DNA of 64,000 nt. It comes from the human T2T-CHM13v2.0 reference genome, Homo sapiens. A program made the translations under genes and the position numbers. The stretch lies in assembly GCF_009914755.1 (NCBI RefSeq), contig NC_060936.1; one strand, given 5' to 3'. Every line of letters begins with the position of its first letter. The stretch's first letter is position 1. Below are positions 30,590-48,302 of the stretch, piece by piece. Below the pieces are notes generated by a model. The model had not been told where the DNA came from and did no database searches. It saw only the letters and a program-made list of their open reading frames with translations.

Positions 30590-30810
30590 CAGCAAATACC
30601 ATTTAATGAATACCTACTGTGCCCCAGGCATGGTTCTAATGCCTGTAATCCTTAGCACATTCCTGTCAGACGGGCACTATTAATATCTTAATGTTGCAAG
30701 TGGGGAAACTGAGGCATTAATGGTCAAATAACTTGTCCCAAGGTTCCACAGGTAGTAAGACAGGGGTGTCATAAATTCAGTCTGTGCCCTTAATCACAAA
30801 AGCTCTGCTA
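30590..30810 (-). mobile_element. MIR
   Basis: tacctactgtgccccaggc...ggggaaactgaggc...aacttgtcccaagg. Confidence 0.75.
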
Positions 30811-30936
30811 CCTCTCACGGCATTTCCAACAAAATCTCTGTCTTTACCGTCCCAGGAGGATGCTTGAAATTCAAATACTATTCTCACAGATGTTTGTACA
30901 CATCAGTGACATACATTTGAAAGGACATGAATTCAG

Positions 30937-31241
30937 GGTCAGTGTGGTGGCTCATGCCTGTGATCCCAGCACTGTGGGAGGCTGAGACAGGCAGACTGCT
31001 TGAGCTTAGGAGTTCCAGACCAGCCTGAGTAACACTGCAAAACCTCATCTGTATTAAAAATACAAAAAAATTAGCCTGGCATGGTGGCACATGCCTGTAG
31101 TCCCAGCTACTCAGGAAACTGAGGTGGGAGGATTGCTTGAGCCCAGAAGGTGGAGGTTTCAGTGAGCTAGCTGAGATCGTGCCACTGCATTCCAGCCTGG
31201 GCCACAGCACGAGACTCTGTCTCAAAAAAAAAGAAAAAAAA
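30937..31241 (+). mobile_element. AluJ
   Basis: J-type ggtgggaggattgcttgagccc; TSD-like gaattcag. Confidence 0.9.
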
Positions 31242-31300
31242 GGATAGGAATTCAGGATACCAAGATATACCTGATCCATTTAAGAAATTATCAAAAAGTC

Positions 31301-31586
31301 AGCCAGGCGCAGTGGCTTACGCCTGTAATCCCAGCACTTTGGGAGGCTGAGGTGGGCGGATCACGAGGTCAGGGGTGTGAGACCAGCCTGACCAGCATGG
31401 TGAAACCCCATCTCTACTAAAAATACAAAATAAAATTAGCTGGGTGTGGTGGCATGTGCCTGTAATCCCAGCTACTTAGGAGGCTGAGGCAGGAGAATCA
31501 CCTGAACCTGGGAGGCCTCCGGAGGTTGCAGTGAGCAGCGATTGCACCACTGCACTCCAGCCTGGGCGACAGAGTGAGACTCCATC

Positions 31587-31618
<32 letters not shown>

Positions 31619-31625
31619 AAGAAAT
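31301..31625 (+). mobile_element. AluS (Sg-like) with (TAAA)n tail
   Basis: Dimer, TSD aaaaagtc. Confidence 0.92.
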
Positions 31626-31784
31626 AAACAAAAAGTCTACTACAACTTTATCACTACAAAAAAAGTCAAACTATTGAAACAGCAATATTCAATTTGACAA
31701 CCAAAATGTTGAACACCGAGTTAAGTCTTAGAAGCAATATAGAAAAAGCATACATGCATACATTTAACTTGTAAATTACAGAGA

Positions 31785-32020
31785 AAATGTATTGAGTGCA
31801 TACTGTGCGACAGACACTGTTCTAAACACGCTAATTCTTTAAGTGCATACAACAACGACAACTACAAAGCAGGTGCTATTGCTATGCTCATTTTATAGAC
31901 GGGGAAACTGAGGTGTAAAAAAGTGAATTCACTTGCCCAGGACCACAAAGCCAGCCATTAGCAGAACTGGGATTTGAATGTATGCATTCTGGTCCTGAGT
32001 TCACACTCAATGCTACACCA
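31785..32020 (-). mobile_element. MIR
   Basis: attgagtgcatactgtg...ttttatagacggggaaactgagg...acttgcccaggaccaca...gggatttgaa. Confidence 0.8.
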
Positions 32021-34030
32021 TAGGGCCCTTTTTACACTTGCTGCACTACCCAGGAGGGGTGCATGTGATCAAGTACTAAAGAAAGAAATCAACATGGGCT
32101 GGAAAAGGAAGGGAAGCTGCGGGAAAGACCTAGGCCTGAAGAGACAGAGAAGATGAAAGAGTCTGGGTAGGCAAGAGGGGCCAAGGGGAGAGGTGCCCCA
32201 GGCAGCTGCACAGGGACTAGAGTGAGCACAGCCTGCTCCGAAGCAATGACAGCTCTCTGCACATACAGTATAGGCAGCCCTCTCCTCCTGTATATGGGGG
32301 CACTACTGAAAGTGTCTCAAAGTCAAGTGTCTAAAATTTGAATAAAAGAATGGTGAAGTGGAAGTTCCAATCCCTGGAAGCTTGAGCAGCAGTATGACAT
32401 CCCTACATGATTGATGGTGACTCCATCTCCCTTGGCTCAGCCATCCATGATTTCACCCAGGCAGTTCACTGTCCCTTCATCCTGGCCCAGTGCTTACCTG
32501 GTGCCATCCCTGTCTTTAGGGCTCATCAAGTTCCTGCAGGAGTACACACAGAAGAAAATGTTTCCACAGCCCCCTGCCATGTTTCCAACTCTAATTTGCT
32601 CCCAAAAAGTTTCAAACCACAGGGTCAGTACCCAGGACACTGATGGGGTCCATTGCTAGTGGGAGGGGTCATTTTGTATTATAGATCAGTGCTTTGGTCT
32701 CTCCTTCATCTCTTGCATCCATGTAGAATGCAGGCCAGGTCAGTCCATTTGAATCTCTCCCCCACCTCACTTTCTATCCCACCTTTATACTGGAACATAG
32801 GCTGGGGTTTGTGCTCCAGATCCAGGCAGCTTCAATTTAGGGCAGAGAGAGGAGAAAGTCCCATTTAAACATCTACAAATTCACTTTCTCCAATCTAGTT
32901 TTCAATCTAGGGCCCTCCATAGCCCTCCTCTCACCCCATCCTCATTCACATGCTCTGAAGCAACTCTAATAACAACGACAATAAATCCAGAAGCTCTCAG
33001 ACACACGTACACACTGAGTTCTCTCAGGGGCCAAGTAGGACATTTGGCATCCTGGGCTTTTCTGCAGACCACAGCTCCTCCTGAAATAGATCACTTGGCT
33101 GCACTGCAGACAAAGGCCTGCAGTAAAGTAGGTGGCCTCATAAAACGCAACACCCGTTATAAGGAGGTAAACAATGTAGAGAAAAAGAAAACTTTTCCTG
33201 GTTCAAACAAACCTATCCAGAGAACAGCTGACTTTTCTGGCCCCCACCCCTAATGCCCTTTCAATTTAAGATAGGATGGTTGACTGTCAGAGCCACAAGA
33301 GCTAGAAAGTGGGGAATCCAGTCATTGCTGCACTATATTGGCAAACACCTGTAAAATAAATTCACTTTCTTATAAAAATCTTACTTTGAGAAGATTTCAG
33401 TTTTATTTCACTTGGAACTCTATTTTTTGCATTGAGGGGAGATACATTATACTTTAAGAAAAAAGTGAAAATGTGAGGTTTCAACTCTAGTCAATTTGGT
33501 TTTATTTTCAAATTCCAATACTCACTTGCTTTGAAACTCCTGAGAAGAAAGCTATAGCTAAGATTTCAGAGTAGAAATAAGAATCACAGCCGCTCTTAGC
33601 ATAGATCATACATTGCATGCAAACAACTGTCATTCAGATAACTGTCAGCATGTCAATGTTTGTGTAAAACGCTTTTCAATATTGTGAAAATCAGAAATCC
33701 ATAATAATTAAGTCTACATGATTATTTTTAAAGGCATGCTTCTTATGTTCATATAATTTTTCGAACATTCTTCTAATTTCCTTCTAGACCTAAGTGACTC
33801 ATTTTAAAACATAACATAAAAAGCCCAAGTAGGAAAGTTGCCAAAGGAACTAGAAATTCCAGTCTCTGTCCAATTATTCATATATGTATATTTACATATT
33901 TAATTATATTTATTTATATTTTACTTATCGTTTCCAAAGAAAAAAATTGAGAAGATAATTTTATAACATTGCATTTTGCTAAGTGTTCATTATCTCTGTG
34001 TAAGATGCTATGGCTGCCAGAGGGACTTCT

Positions 34031-34342
<312 letters not shown>

Positions 34343-35656
34343 TTGCCAGAGGGACTTCTCAGGGTCCCTTTATGTTATGCTCTCGAAGGACAGTACTCTT
34401 GACAACACAGAGGCAGCTGGTGTGGTGAAGCAACCACAGGCCCTGGGGTCACAGAGATCTGGGTTTGAATTCCAGCTCATTCAGTTATAAGCTAGGAGAC
34501 TACGCAGGCCTTTTAGCCTCCCTAGGTCAAGATAATTTCCACCTTACAAAGTCATCAAAAATATTTCTATGAGATGATATATGCAAGTGTCTCACCACAG
34601 TGCCCAGCACATAAAGGTGCTCAAAGTAGCATTATTAGAATAGTAACCAGAAATCAGCTGAAAATACTAAAACCCTATGGCCTATCCTTCAAGACCAGAA
34701 AAAAACAATCAGAAACAAATGAGTAAAGGAATGCAGCTAGGATTAGTAGAGGAAAAGATTTAATCTCTCTCAAGTTCTGTCAGCTCCCTCCTTCCTGGAA
34801 GGAAAAGAAAAAAAGAACGAAATATTTTCCTAGAAGACAAAGCTATAATTCAGCATTCAACACTCTTCTTGCTGACGGGACTCCTTTAGTTCAGCTGTAA
34901 AGGTTGTCCATGCACAAGGCAGCCAGCTCAGGAGGAGGGAGGGAGGTGGCCTGTGAGGGCTCAAATCCAGCCCATGCTCTGTTCAACGACCTGTGGTGCC
35001 CAGGCACTGGCTTTACCTGCCGTAAAGAAGGGGGGGCCTTTTCCTAATTTACTCAAAAGAGCAAGAAGTGCCCACACCTCAAACATCACGCACCCACCAT
35101 GCCTCATGCCCACAGTGTTTTCTATTTTGCATAAAGATCCCCAATGGGCCAGCAGCAGCCCTGATCTACTACTATGATTATTACTTAATACCCACTAGAC
35201 AGCTTCATTGTCCTAATGATTTTCACAGGGGCTTGTTTAATCTAATGTTTCCATTTTCTTTGCAGCCAATTTCATTTTCTCACTGACATATTACAGCAGT
35301 GTTGCTATATTTCCAGTCACCGGACCATGTGCAAAGTAACTTAATGTTAAAATGAAGAATAACATTGGTTTCTGTCTTAATTCAGCTAAGTTTCCCTTGC
35401 AGATTCAGCATGGTACTTTGTACAGTAGTCATTTAATTCATCAAACTGTGTTTAAAAAAATCCTAACCATACAAGTCTTAACACCACATTTACAAACCCC
35501 ACAAACATCAGGGCCCAATTTGAGACTGTTATTTTAACAAACACAATTTTCCTGTCCTAAACTTAACTCAAGTCCAACTGAACGTCCACTGAAAGTTTTC
35601 CAGTCTAAAGTTTCCAGATCATAGAGATTTTCATACATGAAGCTGGATTGTCATCC

Positions 35657-35760
35657 AGTGTGACCAACCCATTCAGTTTGCCTGGCACTAAGGAGCTTCG
35701 TGGGACACAGGACCTTCAGTACTAAAACTGGGACAATCCTGGAAAAACCTGGTCACCCTG
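35657..35760. mobile_element. MER81 (hAT-Blackjack MITE)
   Basis: Terminal inverted repeats cagtgtgacca...tggtcaccctg; internal ggaccttcagtactaaaactgggaca. Confidence 0.8.
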
Positions 35761-35871
35761 TGTGCCATCCTCTAGTAAGCTGGTACAGTACAGTAGAATA
35801 AACTGCTAAGGAGTAGTTCTGCAAAAGTCAAAGAAAAAAGTGGTTTCTCTGTGCCCTGGACACACATGCAA

Positions 35872-35873
<2 letters not shown>

Positions 35874-35917
<44 letters not shown>
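35874..35917. repeat. (CA)~22 microsatellite
   Basis: Read directly. Confidence 0.97.
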
Positions 35918-35920
<3 letters not shown>

Positions 35921-37804
35921 CCATGACTTTCTGTTTCTTGTGAATAAGAGTTTAATCAAAAACGAGTGTTTCTCTGGTGGAAGATATCTACTAATTGGTT
36001 CAACTTGTTAATTCTGAAAACATGAGAACTAGAATTTTCTCACCCACGCTTTCCAGCTGTCAGACAAATCTTTTCATCTAACTTGGATGAGCCAATATAA
36101 GGTATTCTTAATAGCATTGTTCCATGAAAGTAACAAAATGGAAAGGAGGGAAGGAAGAGACAAGGGTTTAATAACCATTAAGACTGTACAGAGTCCCCCT
36201 CTGTGTGCAATCAATGGAATTATAATGACTTTGTTTAGTGGATGATAAAGCTGCCTGGTTGATTCTAACAGAAGCTGATATTTCAAAAACGAAATTGAAT
36301 CAAGCTTACGCCATTAATTAAAAGGAATTTGATGGTTTTCATTTTAAAGCACACCATATCTATAAAGGATGGACACAATAGTGCCTAAATAATCTTAGCT
36401 GCAAATAACCTAAACATTCAACAAAACTAAAATTCCAAAACCTCACACTTGTAATTTTGAAACATTTATCTGTTCATACACTGCTACGTGTGTCAGATAT
36501 CCATTTTAATTTTTAAATATTGGTTAGGACTTAATTTAAAAGTTTGTGAGTTTTCCTATTTTATGTAACTTTCTTTTACTACCTTTTCCTTGTATATGCA
36601 AGCTTTATTGACTATAAGATTATCCAAAATGATTCCCACTCTCCTTAAATATGAAGACTCCAATTTTCTGGGTCCTATCACTATTATCAGCACTCAGTGG
36701 TCTCTTACTCTGACAAAAGAACCAAACTGTAAAAGTTAAGCGAATACTTCAGACTGACAAAAGCAATAGATGTTAATCAGGAGAGAATCAAACTCCAGAG
36801 CATATATTTTGATACATCCTTTGCTCAAGTAGGAAACCTGATGCCTGCATTCCTGCCATAGTCAGTCAGAGATCGATTTCCAGGGATCCCATCTACACTC
36901 TGCCTTCAAACGAAAGGTCACCTCCAGGAGCGATGCACTGGGCACAGTCTCTCTTCAAGACGTGAGGACACGGCAAATGGTGCTAATTCCACTAGGCAGG
37001 GGATTAAAAATCATGATTGATCACCAATTTTCTAACTAGCACTCTATGAGAAACTGATAGAAGATGATGCCCTCGTGCAGCCAAATGAAGCATTTTGTGG
37101 GCATGCTGGAATGAACCCTGAAGCCAGGCCATATCAGTGTGGGCAGTTGGGGAGTCATTAAGTCTTGACAGAGCTGGCTGGCATGCCACAGTGTGTGAAG
37201 AAGAAAAACATCCTGTCCTCCTATAATATGATTTGAGGGCCAAAATAATACAATTCACATCAGGCCCTCCAGAGGAGATGCAGACAAGGTCCAAGTCTGG
37301 TCCTTCTGTGGAAATGAAAGTACTGACAGGCACACAGATATCCCTCTGCCTAAAAGCATTTATCATTTTAAGCCATTAGGATTTTCAGTTCCACCTTCAA
37401 GAAAACAGCATAAATAAATTCACTGGCCTCTAATTTTGCTGTTTCTCTTCTTTATCTAGTCAATGTAATGGGTTTCAGGATCAAGGTTATTACAAATAAA
37501 AATAAAATCAGATTTGCAGCATGAATAACCCTTTATCTGCATGTCTGTTTAGTACCTTGTGATTTTTTTGTTGTTGTTTATTTGTTTTTGTTCTTACCAC
37601 ATCTTAACAGGACCAATGGGCCTACTCACTAATAAGCACATCCTGCAGTTATTTCCATACATAAAATATGTGCCATAAAATATGCATAGAAGCACAAGCA
37701 ACCCAAACAAGATAAATGAATTAATCCTACTGTATGAGCCATTCTCAGACAACTAAATGATTTAATTTCTTCATTTACAAAAGACAACTATTCCATCGTT
37801 ATAC

Positions 37805-38343
37805 CGCGGTAGCCCCCTTTATCTGCAGTTTCAGTTACCTGCAGTCAATTGCCGTCCAAAAATAGGAAATGGAAAATTCCAGAAAGAAAAAATTCATAAG
37901 TTTTAAATCACATGCCTTTTAAGTTGTTCCGAGTAGCATAATGAAATCTCACATTATCCCACTTGGTCCCACTTGGGAAGTGAATCCTCCCTGTGTCCGG
38001 CATATCCACTCTGTTCACCCATTAGTGATGTAGCAGCCAGCTCAGTTATCAGATCGACTGCCGCAGCATCACAGTGCTTGTACTCAAGGAACCCTTATTT
38101 TACTTAATAATGCCCCACACATGCAAAAGCAGCGATGCTGCCATATGGCTATAATTGCTCTATTTTATTATGTTATTGTTGTTAATCTCTTACTGTACCT
38201 AATTTATAAATTAAACTTCATCACAGGTATGTATATATAGGAAAAAACGTAGCAATAGTATGTCTAGGATTTGGTACTATCCATGGTTTCCGGCATTCAC
38301 TGGAGTTCTTGATACGTATCCCCCACAGATAACAGGGAAGTAA
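37805..38343. mobile_element. MER44B-like (Tigger7 derivative)
   Basis: cccctttatctgcagtttcagttacc...gttatcagatcgactg...cctaatttataaattaaact...tatcccccacagataa. Confidence 0.85.
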
Positions 38344-38544
38344 TTTATTTTAGAAATTTAATAAACTAATATTTCTGCAACATTCTGAAACTCATTTACT
38401 GAACAACTTCATCTGTTGGTGATACATAAAAGAATCAGAGATGAACAAAAGTCACTTCTGAGCAATCAAAACTAATATTTCAAACTCACAATTTTCTGAC
38501 TTTCATTTCTAAAACAAAATAAAACCATAGAGAAGTGCTGCTAT

Positions 38545-38950
38545 ACGGTGGCTGAGATTGGCTTATAGTTCTCCAGATATTACTTCTTCTTCCTGAGCAC
38601 ACAACTTCTCTGCTTTGCTTACAGTTAGAGATGGCCATGTGACTGAATTCTAGCCAAAGGAAGGTAAGTGGACGTGACAGGCAACAATTCCAGGTCTGGC
38701 CCCTAAAATCTTCCCATAACATTTAAACACCCAAACATTCTCTTCCTACTTGATGAAGACAAGCATGGTGACCTCCAGCCATTGTTTGAAGATGCAGAGC
38801 CACAAGATTGAGGGACAGTGGGTTTCCGAATCATAGTGTAGAGATGAGGTGCCACTAATCAGGGACATTTGTTTCAGACTTGATGTGAACAAGAAATAAG
38901 CTTCTACTGTGTGTGAGCCACTGTTCATGGCTATGGTTATCTTAACTAGT
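38545..38950 (+). mobile_element. Old MLT1 LTR
   Basis: ggccatgtgactgaattctagccaa...aagaaataagcttctactgtg. Confidence 0.7.
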
Positions 38951-39849
38951 GGAGATGCCAATAGTAATGAGAAGTAGCATCAAAAAGCAAGGAGAAATCT
39001 ATAAATTCATCTTTTGGAAACAAATGTGAGATGCTCTAAAGAACTTAGGTAAGCAACATTAGTGTCTCAGTATTTACAAACACTACATTAAAAAAACTAT
39101 AACAGAACACAATGTGAATATGGCTACCATGAAATGGAAAAAAAAATCATGGACTTCCCATGGGAGTAAAAATTTGTACAACTGTAGAATTTTGTCTGAA
39201 TAACAATTTGGCAACATACATCAAAACCTAAAACATTTCTCCAACCATTAGCAATCACACTCAAATCCGAAATGCACAGAAAGAGTTATGTCCATAATAT
39301 TTATTAATAAAAAACCTGGATACAACCTAAATATCTAATATAGGTGAATAGCTAAATAAATTTTCATACAACCATGCAGTGCAATATCATTCAATGATTT
39401 TAAAATTATCTTTAGAAGAATAAAGACATGCAGGAACACTCATTATATATTACTAACAAAAAATAAAAGAATACATGACAAAGCAACACATTCAATATTC
39501 ATCCAGTTGCTAAAATGTATATATGTACAACAACAGATTAGTGAGCTATGCAGCAAAACAATAATAGAGGTTTCCCCTGGGTATTGATATGATTCATGTA
39601 TTTTAATCTTTATTTTATAATTTTCTGTAGTTCTGAATTTTTAGTAATTAACATGAAATACTTCTATAGTCAGAACAAAAGTCAGTAAACGCTATTATTT
39701 TGTAAAATTTCTTACAAATTAAAAATAAGGAAAGACAGAATCTCTAAAATCAGATATAAGAACTAAAGATCAAGGACCAGACAAAAATATGTTAGGCCAG
39801 CTCAGAAACCTTTATGGAATGGGCTATTCTAATAGCATTCCTCTATAAC

Positions 39850-43325
<3,476 letters not shown>

Positions 43326-44116
43326 TCTTAAAAAGTTAAGCTAACCTAGTTCTAAAGCCTGTGTCTTTTCCCTTGTGCCATGCCACCTCATTACTAAAGA
43401 ACAGTAAACTCAAAGCATGAACAGATATTAAAACATAGATTCAACATCTGCAGCTGGAGATGGTTACCCTTGTCGGCAAATGAATTACCAGAACTCCTGG
43501 CTTCATTCCTTTAATGTACAATACCAGGTTTAGGATTCAATCACGAGGTCAAGAGGGTTTAAAACTGAAATCAGTAGAAACTCTGACTTTTAAAAAGCAA
43601 AGTCAAATTCATTTACATCACTCTTCCCAAAAAAGCATCTAGAAACAGAATCCCAAAAAGTAGAAGAAAGAAGATTTAAAAAGAAAGAAGTTAGGATAAA
43701 CATTATTATTCCAATCCAGAAAGAAGTAATTTAAAGAAAATCTTGAAGCATCTGAACTAAATTATACTCATCAAATTCTACATAAGCCTCAACGCAAAAT
43801 ATGCTTTTGTGTGTCTACGTGTGTATACGCAAGGGACCCGCAGTCAATTGTGTGTAACATAAATAAACACTAAATCATGGTCTCTCTTGCCACAGCAGTT
43901 CTGAAAAGCGCTGCTAAATGCGACTGTATAATTTTCTCTTTTAGACAATTCAAAAGTTCACAAAAAGCAGAAAATCCCATACAAGAAGAGAAATAAAAAG
44001 AATGTAGCATACCTGAAAGAAGCAAAGCTTGCAAATAGACTCTCCTAATTATTCAGAAGTTGAAATGTCTGCACTAACAAGCAAGCTTATACCTAAACTA
44101 AAATTAGTAAAGATAG

Positions 44117-44428
<312 letters not shown>

Positions 44429-46676
44429 CTTCCTATCACTTCGAATAGGAAAAACTAAACCAGTGTTGGTGGAACAGGAGGTTAAAAAAAATTAATTTTC
44501 CATTTTTGCTTTTTCTCCAGTTAAAACCTGGAATTTCCAGAGCAGTTTTATTGATAATGACAAGAGAAAAAGAAGGCTAAAGAGAATATTTGAACCTCAA
44601 ATGTCTTTGAGCTCCTAACAGCTTGAGCAAAACTAACAGTAAATAATTTCAGAAAAATTTTCTCATAGAGGAAATATATTTAGTTTATCTCATTTGACTA
44701 TATACATCACATTTGAAGTTGACAATTTTAACAACAGCAAAAAAGAGGGCTTTCTCTTTATTTTTAATCCTAAATTAGTACAGTAATAAGTTCCTCTAAA
44801 CAAATTCATATCTGATTCATTTCCTAATGTTAAGAAATACCAGAACTAGGGTCATCAGGAGCTTTTTATTTCTTTTTATTTCTATTTTTGACACTATTTC
44901 CCACTCTTCAGAAAATACACTGATCATTGGTGTGTAATTCTGTATAAGATCTCTCTCTAGACTCAGAACTGGATGTAAATATTGACTGTGCTACTATGAG
45001 CTGTAGCTGTAATGAGGATTAAATAAGAAAATACAGTGAAAACACTTAGCATAAGGCATGGGATCTCCCCCTCTCCGGCCACACACACACACAGTTGGCT
45101 GTAATTATTATTTTCTAACACTGTTAACTGCAAATGACTGGTTATTGTGAACACAAAGAATTTTTTCCAACTCAATAGTTAAGTTGAAAACATAGTTTTC
45201 TTGCTGTTCAGACGTGGTATGTTGTTTTTAATAAAATTCTACAAACCTTTTTTCCCTTTCTATTTCAAACAGTGTGCATTCTATTGCCAACCTAAGAAAC
45301 TACTTTTTAAAAAGATTAATTGGGCATAGGATGATAAGATCCTATCTTTCCAATACACATTTTTATTTTTACAGCTAAATCGCATTTACCGACATTGTAA
45401 ATGATTTATTTCAACTCTAAGGAAATATTTTCCTAACTAGATATCAAGTACTATCATTCAGCAGCAGCAAAATAAATTAACCAGAGCTATATTATTGCCA
45501 CAAAGATTAAAAAAAAATTCCCAGGCACAGTACAAAACAGTCTACACGTAAGAATTCAAACCTATCCTATTTATTTTTACATAATTTTCACATTTTTCTT
45601 TGTTCAAATGGAATGGCATACTATCCTTTGTTACCAAAATTATTTCCAAAATAAAAAAAAAAAAACTTTCCAGGAAAGCAGAGAATAGCCAACAAACTGA
45701 TACTAAGTACAATACATTAAAAATTGTAGTGCTTAAAAGATTGAGTTTTGCTTTGCTACCAAAATTAACCTTAGCTTAAAAAGACAAAACATAAAGGCAC
45801 AATATCTCATTCTATATACCTATGGTTCTAAAACAAATTTCACAAACCTGACCACTGAATTTAAAAAAAGCAAATTACTCTGTTAAGAGGCATTATTTTC
45901 TATTAAAAAAACATAACTTTCAACCAGAAAAAAAAGAGGCCTGGTTTGCAATACAGCAAGTAATATTGAAAAGCCTGTTCAATGAGTACAATTACTTACT
46001 GAAAATTGTTTTTATGTAATTTGCTATTTATTCTGACAAAACTGACCAAGAGCCTCAATACCAAGATTAAAATAAATCAAATTCAAATTTTGTAAGATAG
46101 ATTCCCTAATTTAAAAGCAAAATAGGCTAATGCACTTATAGAAAGTAAACAAACTACTCTTTAGCTCATGCTTACTATGGTTTAAAACTGTAGACTATAT
46201 TATAGCAAGATTGTTAAAAAAAAAAAAAAAAAAAGGTGAGCCTGGAAAAGCCACTTTTCTTGATGTTGAAAGCTCCATCATTATCCATTCCCACACTCAA
46301 CAGTTTTTAAATTTCTACTGAACCCAATTCAGCACCTGCTCAAGTCACTGAACTAAAACTTTCACTAAGATCACCAACCAATCCAGTATCCTAATACACA
46401 TTCGGTCTTACTAGACATCTGACTACATGTGACATTGTTCATCAATCTCTACTCTCCTGGATTCTTTGAACATCTTCACCTCTGATTTCCCTTCAACCTC
46501 TCTCCAATCCCTTCTGCAGCTCTTCTGTGGCTTTTCTTCCATCTACCCCTAATACTGAAACTCCAGATTTCTTTCACTAACATATTTTATTATCATATTA
46601 AACATTATCCATAAATGATCTCATTCACTTTCAGGATTTTAACTGTCACATACTACATGCCAGTGCACCCAAAGGA

Positions 46677-46880
46677 TAGTGTGCTGGTAAACTGGTTCTG
46701 GTGATAACATGAAGAGGGAGTGAGGGAAAGATTTGATCTGTATTATTTGCTCATTTCTGTGGTATACATACTCCCTCTGTGGCTGACTTCAAGCTACCCA
46801 TATGACATTACTGTAGATGGAGCTGATGCTGGGAAGAGATGCATCCAGCCTGGCTCCCTGAGCCAGTAGGAATCCACTCC
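46677..46880. mobile_element. MER63A-like (hAT-Blackjack) inside an L2 fragment (~46270-47120)
   Basis: gtgtgctggtaaa...acttcaagctacc...gggaagagatgc...gagccagt. Confidence 0.75.
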
Positions 46881-47924
46881 TGTCAGGGCTGCTCTCCAAC
46901 CCATAGCTATTGCCTGTACAGACACCATCCTTGAGCTTCCATTTCCCACATCAAGCTATCTCACCCTGGACTGGGCTTTTCTCAATTTCAACTCACCACT
47001 ATCTTTTCTGAATGTTTTCTAACATTCTCTATTACACCCAACCTAGAAGTCAGACAATCATCTTTGATTTATCCTTTTTTATCATTCACAAAATCCATTC
47101 TAGCTATAACAATCTCATCTCTATATAAATTATTTGAAGTTTTTTTTGTCTTAGTGCTGTATCACATGGAACAAGTGATGTATTTTCACCACATTTGGAG
47201 TTATGTAGTATGATTGGAATCAGAATATGGATTATAGCATGTTTTAATACATATGAGTCTATTTTTTATTAAAAAAATGAGTGAAAGGAAAAACTCTTCT
47301 TCATAGTAGAAAGCTAAGAAACAAATGTATAAGAGATATTGGGATTAGAAAATCACCATTTGGCAACCACAATAATACGCAAGAAAATAGTGGATTTTAA
47401 AACTAGTGAATGGAAGCATATTTATAGTTTCATAATATATCCCATATTTCCACAATATACTTATTAATTACAAGAGGAGGAAATAGCTTCACAGTAGAGA
47501 AAACTGATACACTTTAAGTGGTCAAGTTAACATGATGAGTAGTGGACAAACAGACACTTCATATGATGCACTTGAGGGCACACTATGACTTCTGCAGTAT
47601 TCTTGCCCAAAATGCATAACCCAAATACAATCATGAGTAAATAACCAGACAGCCACAAACTAAGCAACATTTTATAGAATTGCTGGCTCTGTGCTCATAA
47701 AAAGTCTCAATGCCATAAAGAGGAAGAAAGACTGATAAACTCTTCCAAATTAAACGAGACTAAGAGACATGATCAGTGAAGTTAACACATGATCTGGGAT
47801 GTCTTTTGCTATAAAGGACATTATTAAAACAACGGACACAGTCTGAATTGATCTGTAGTACTGTTGCAGTGTTAACTGACTGATTTTGATAATTGTCCTG
47901 GAGTTGTCAAAAAGAATGTCCTTG

Positions 47925-48302
47925 TGTACTAATTAGCTAGGACTGTCACTACAAAATACTACTGACTAGGTGGTTTAAACAACACAAATTTATTTTCTCA
48001 CAGTTCTGGAGGGAGCAGTAGGGTTGGTGCCTGGTGAGGGATCTCTTCTTGGCTTGCAGACAACTACCTCCTCGCTGTGTCCTCCCATTGTTTTTCTTTC
48101 ATGCATGCACATGTGTGGTGAGAGGAAGAACTATGATATCTCTTCCTCTTCTTAGCAGGACACCAGTCATATTGGATTAGGGCCCCACCCTTACAACTTC
48201 ACTTAACCCTAATACTTCCTTAAAGGGCCTGTCTCCAAATATAGTTACATTGGAGGTCAGGGTTTCAGTATGAATTTTGGGGGAACGTAATTCAGTCTAT
48301 AA
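47925..48302 (-). mobile_element. MLT1A/B LTR nested in an L1ME fragment (~47280-48370)
   Basis: tttattttctcacagttctggagg...ggattagggccccaccctt...tctccaaatatagttacatt. Confidence 0.8.

Noticed and set aside
44013-44092. Possible extra minus-strand TMTC1 exon (CAG|gtatgc donor)
   Set aside because: The acceptor is weak, the expected frame contains a stop, and the peptide does not resemble TMTC1.
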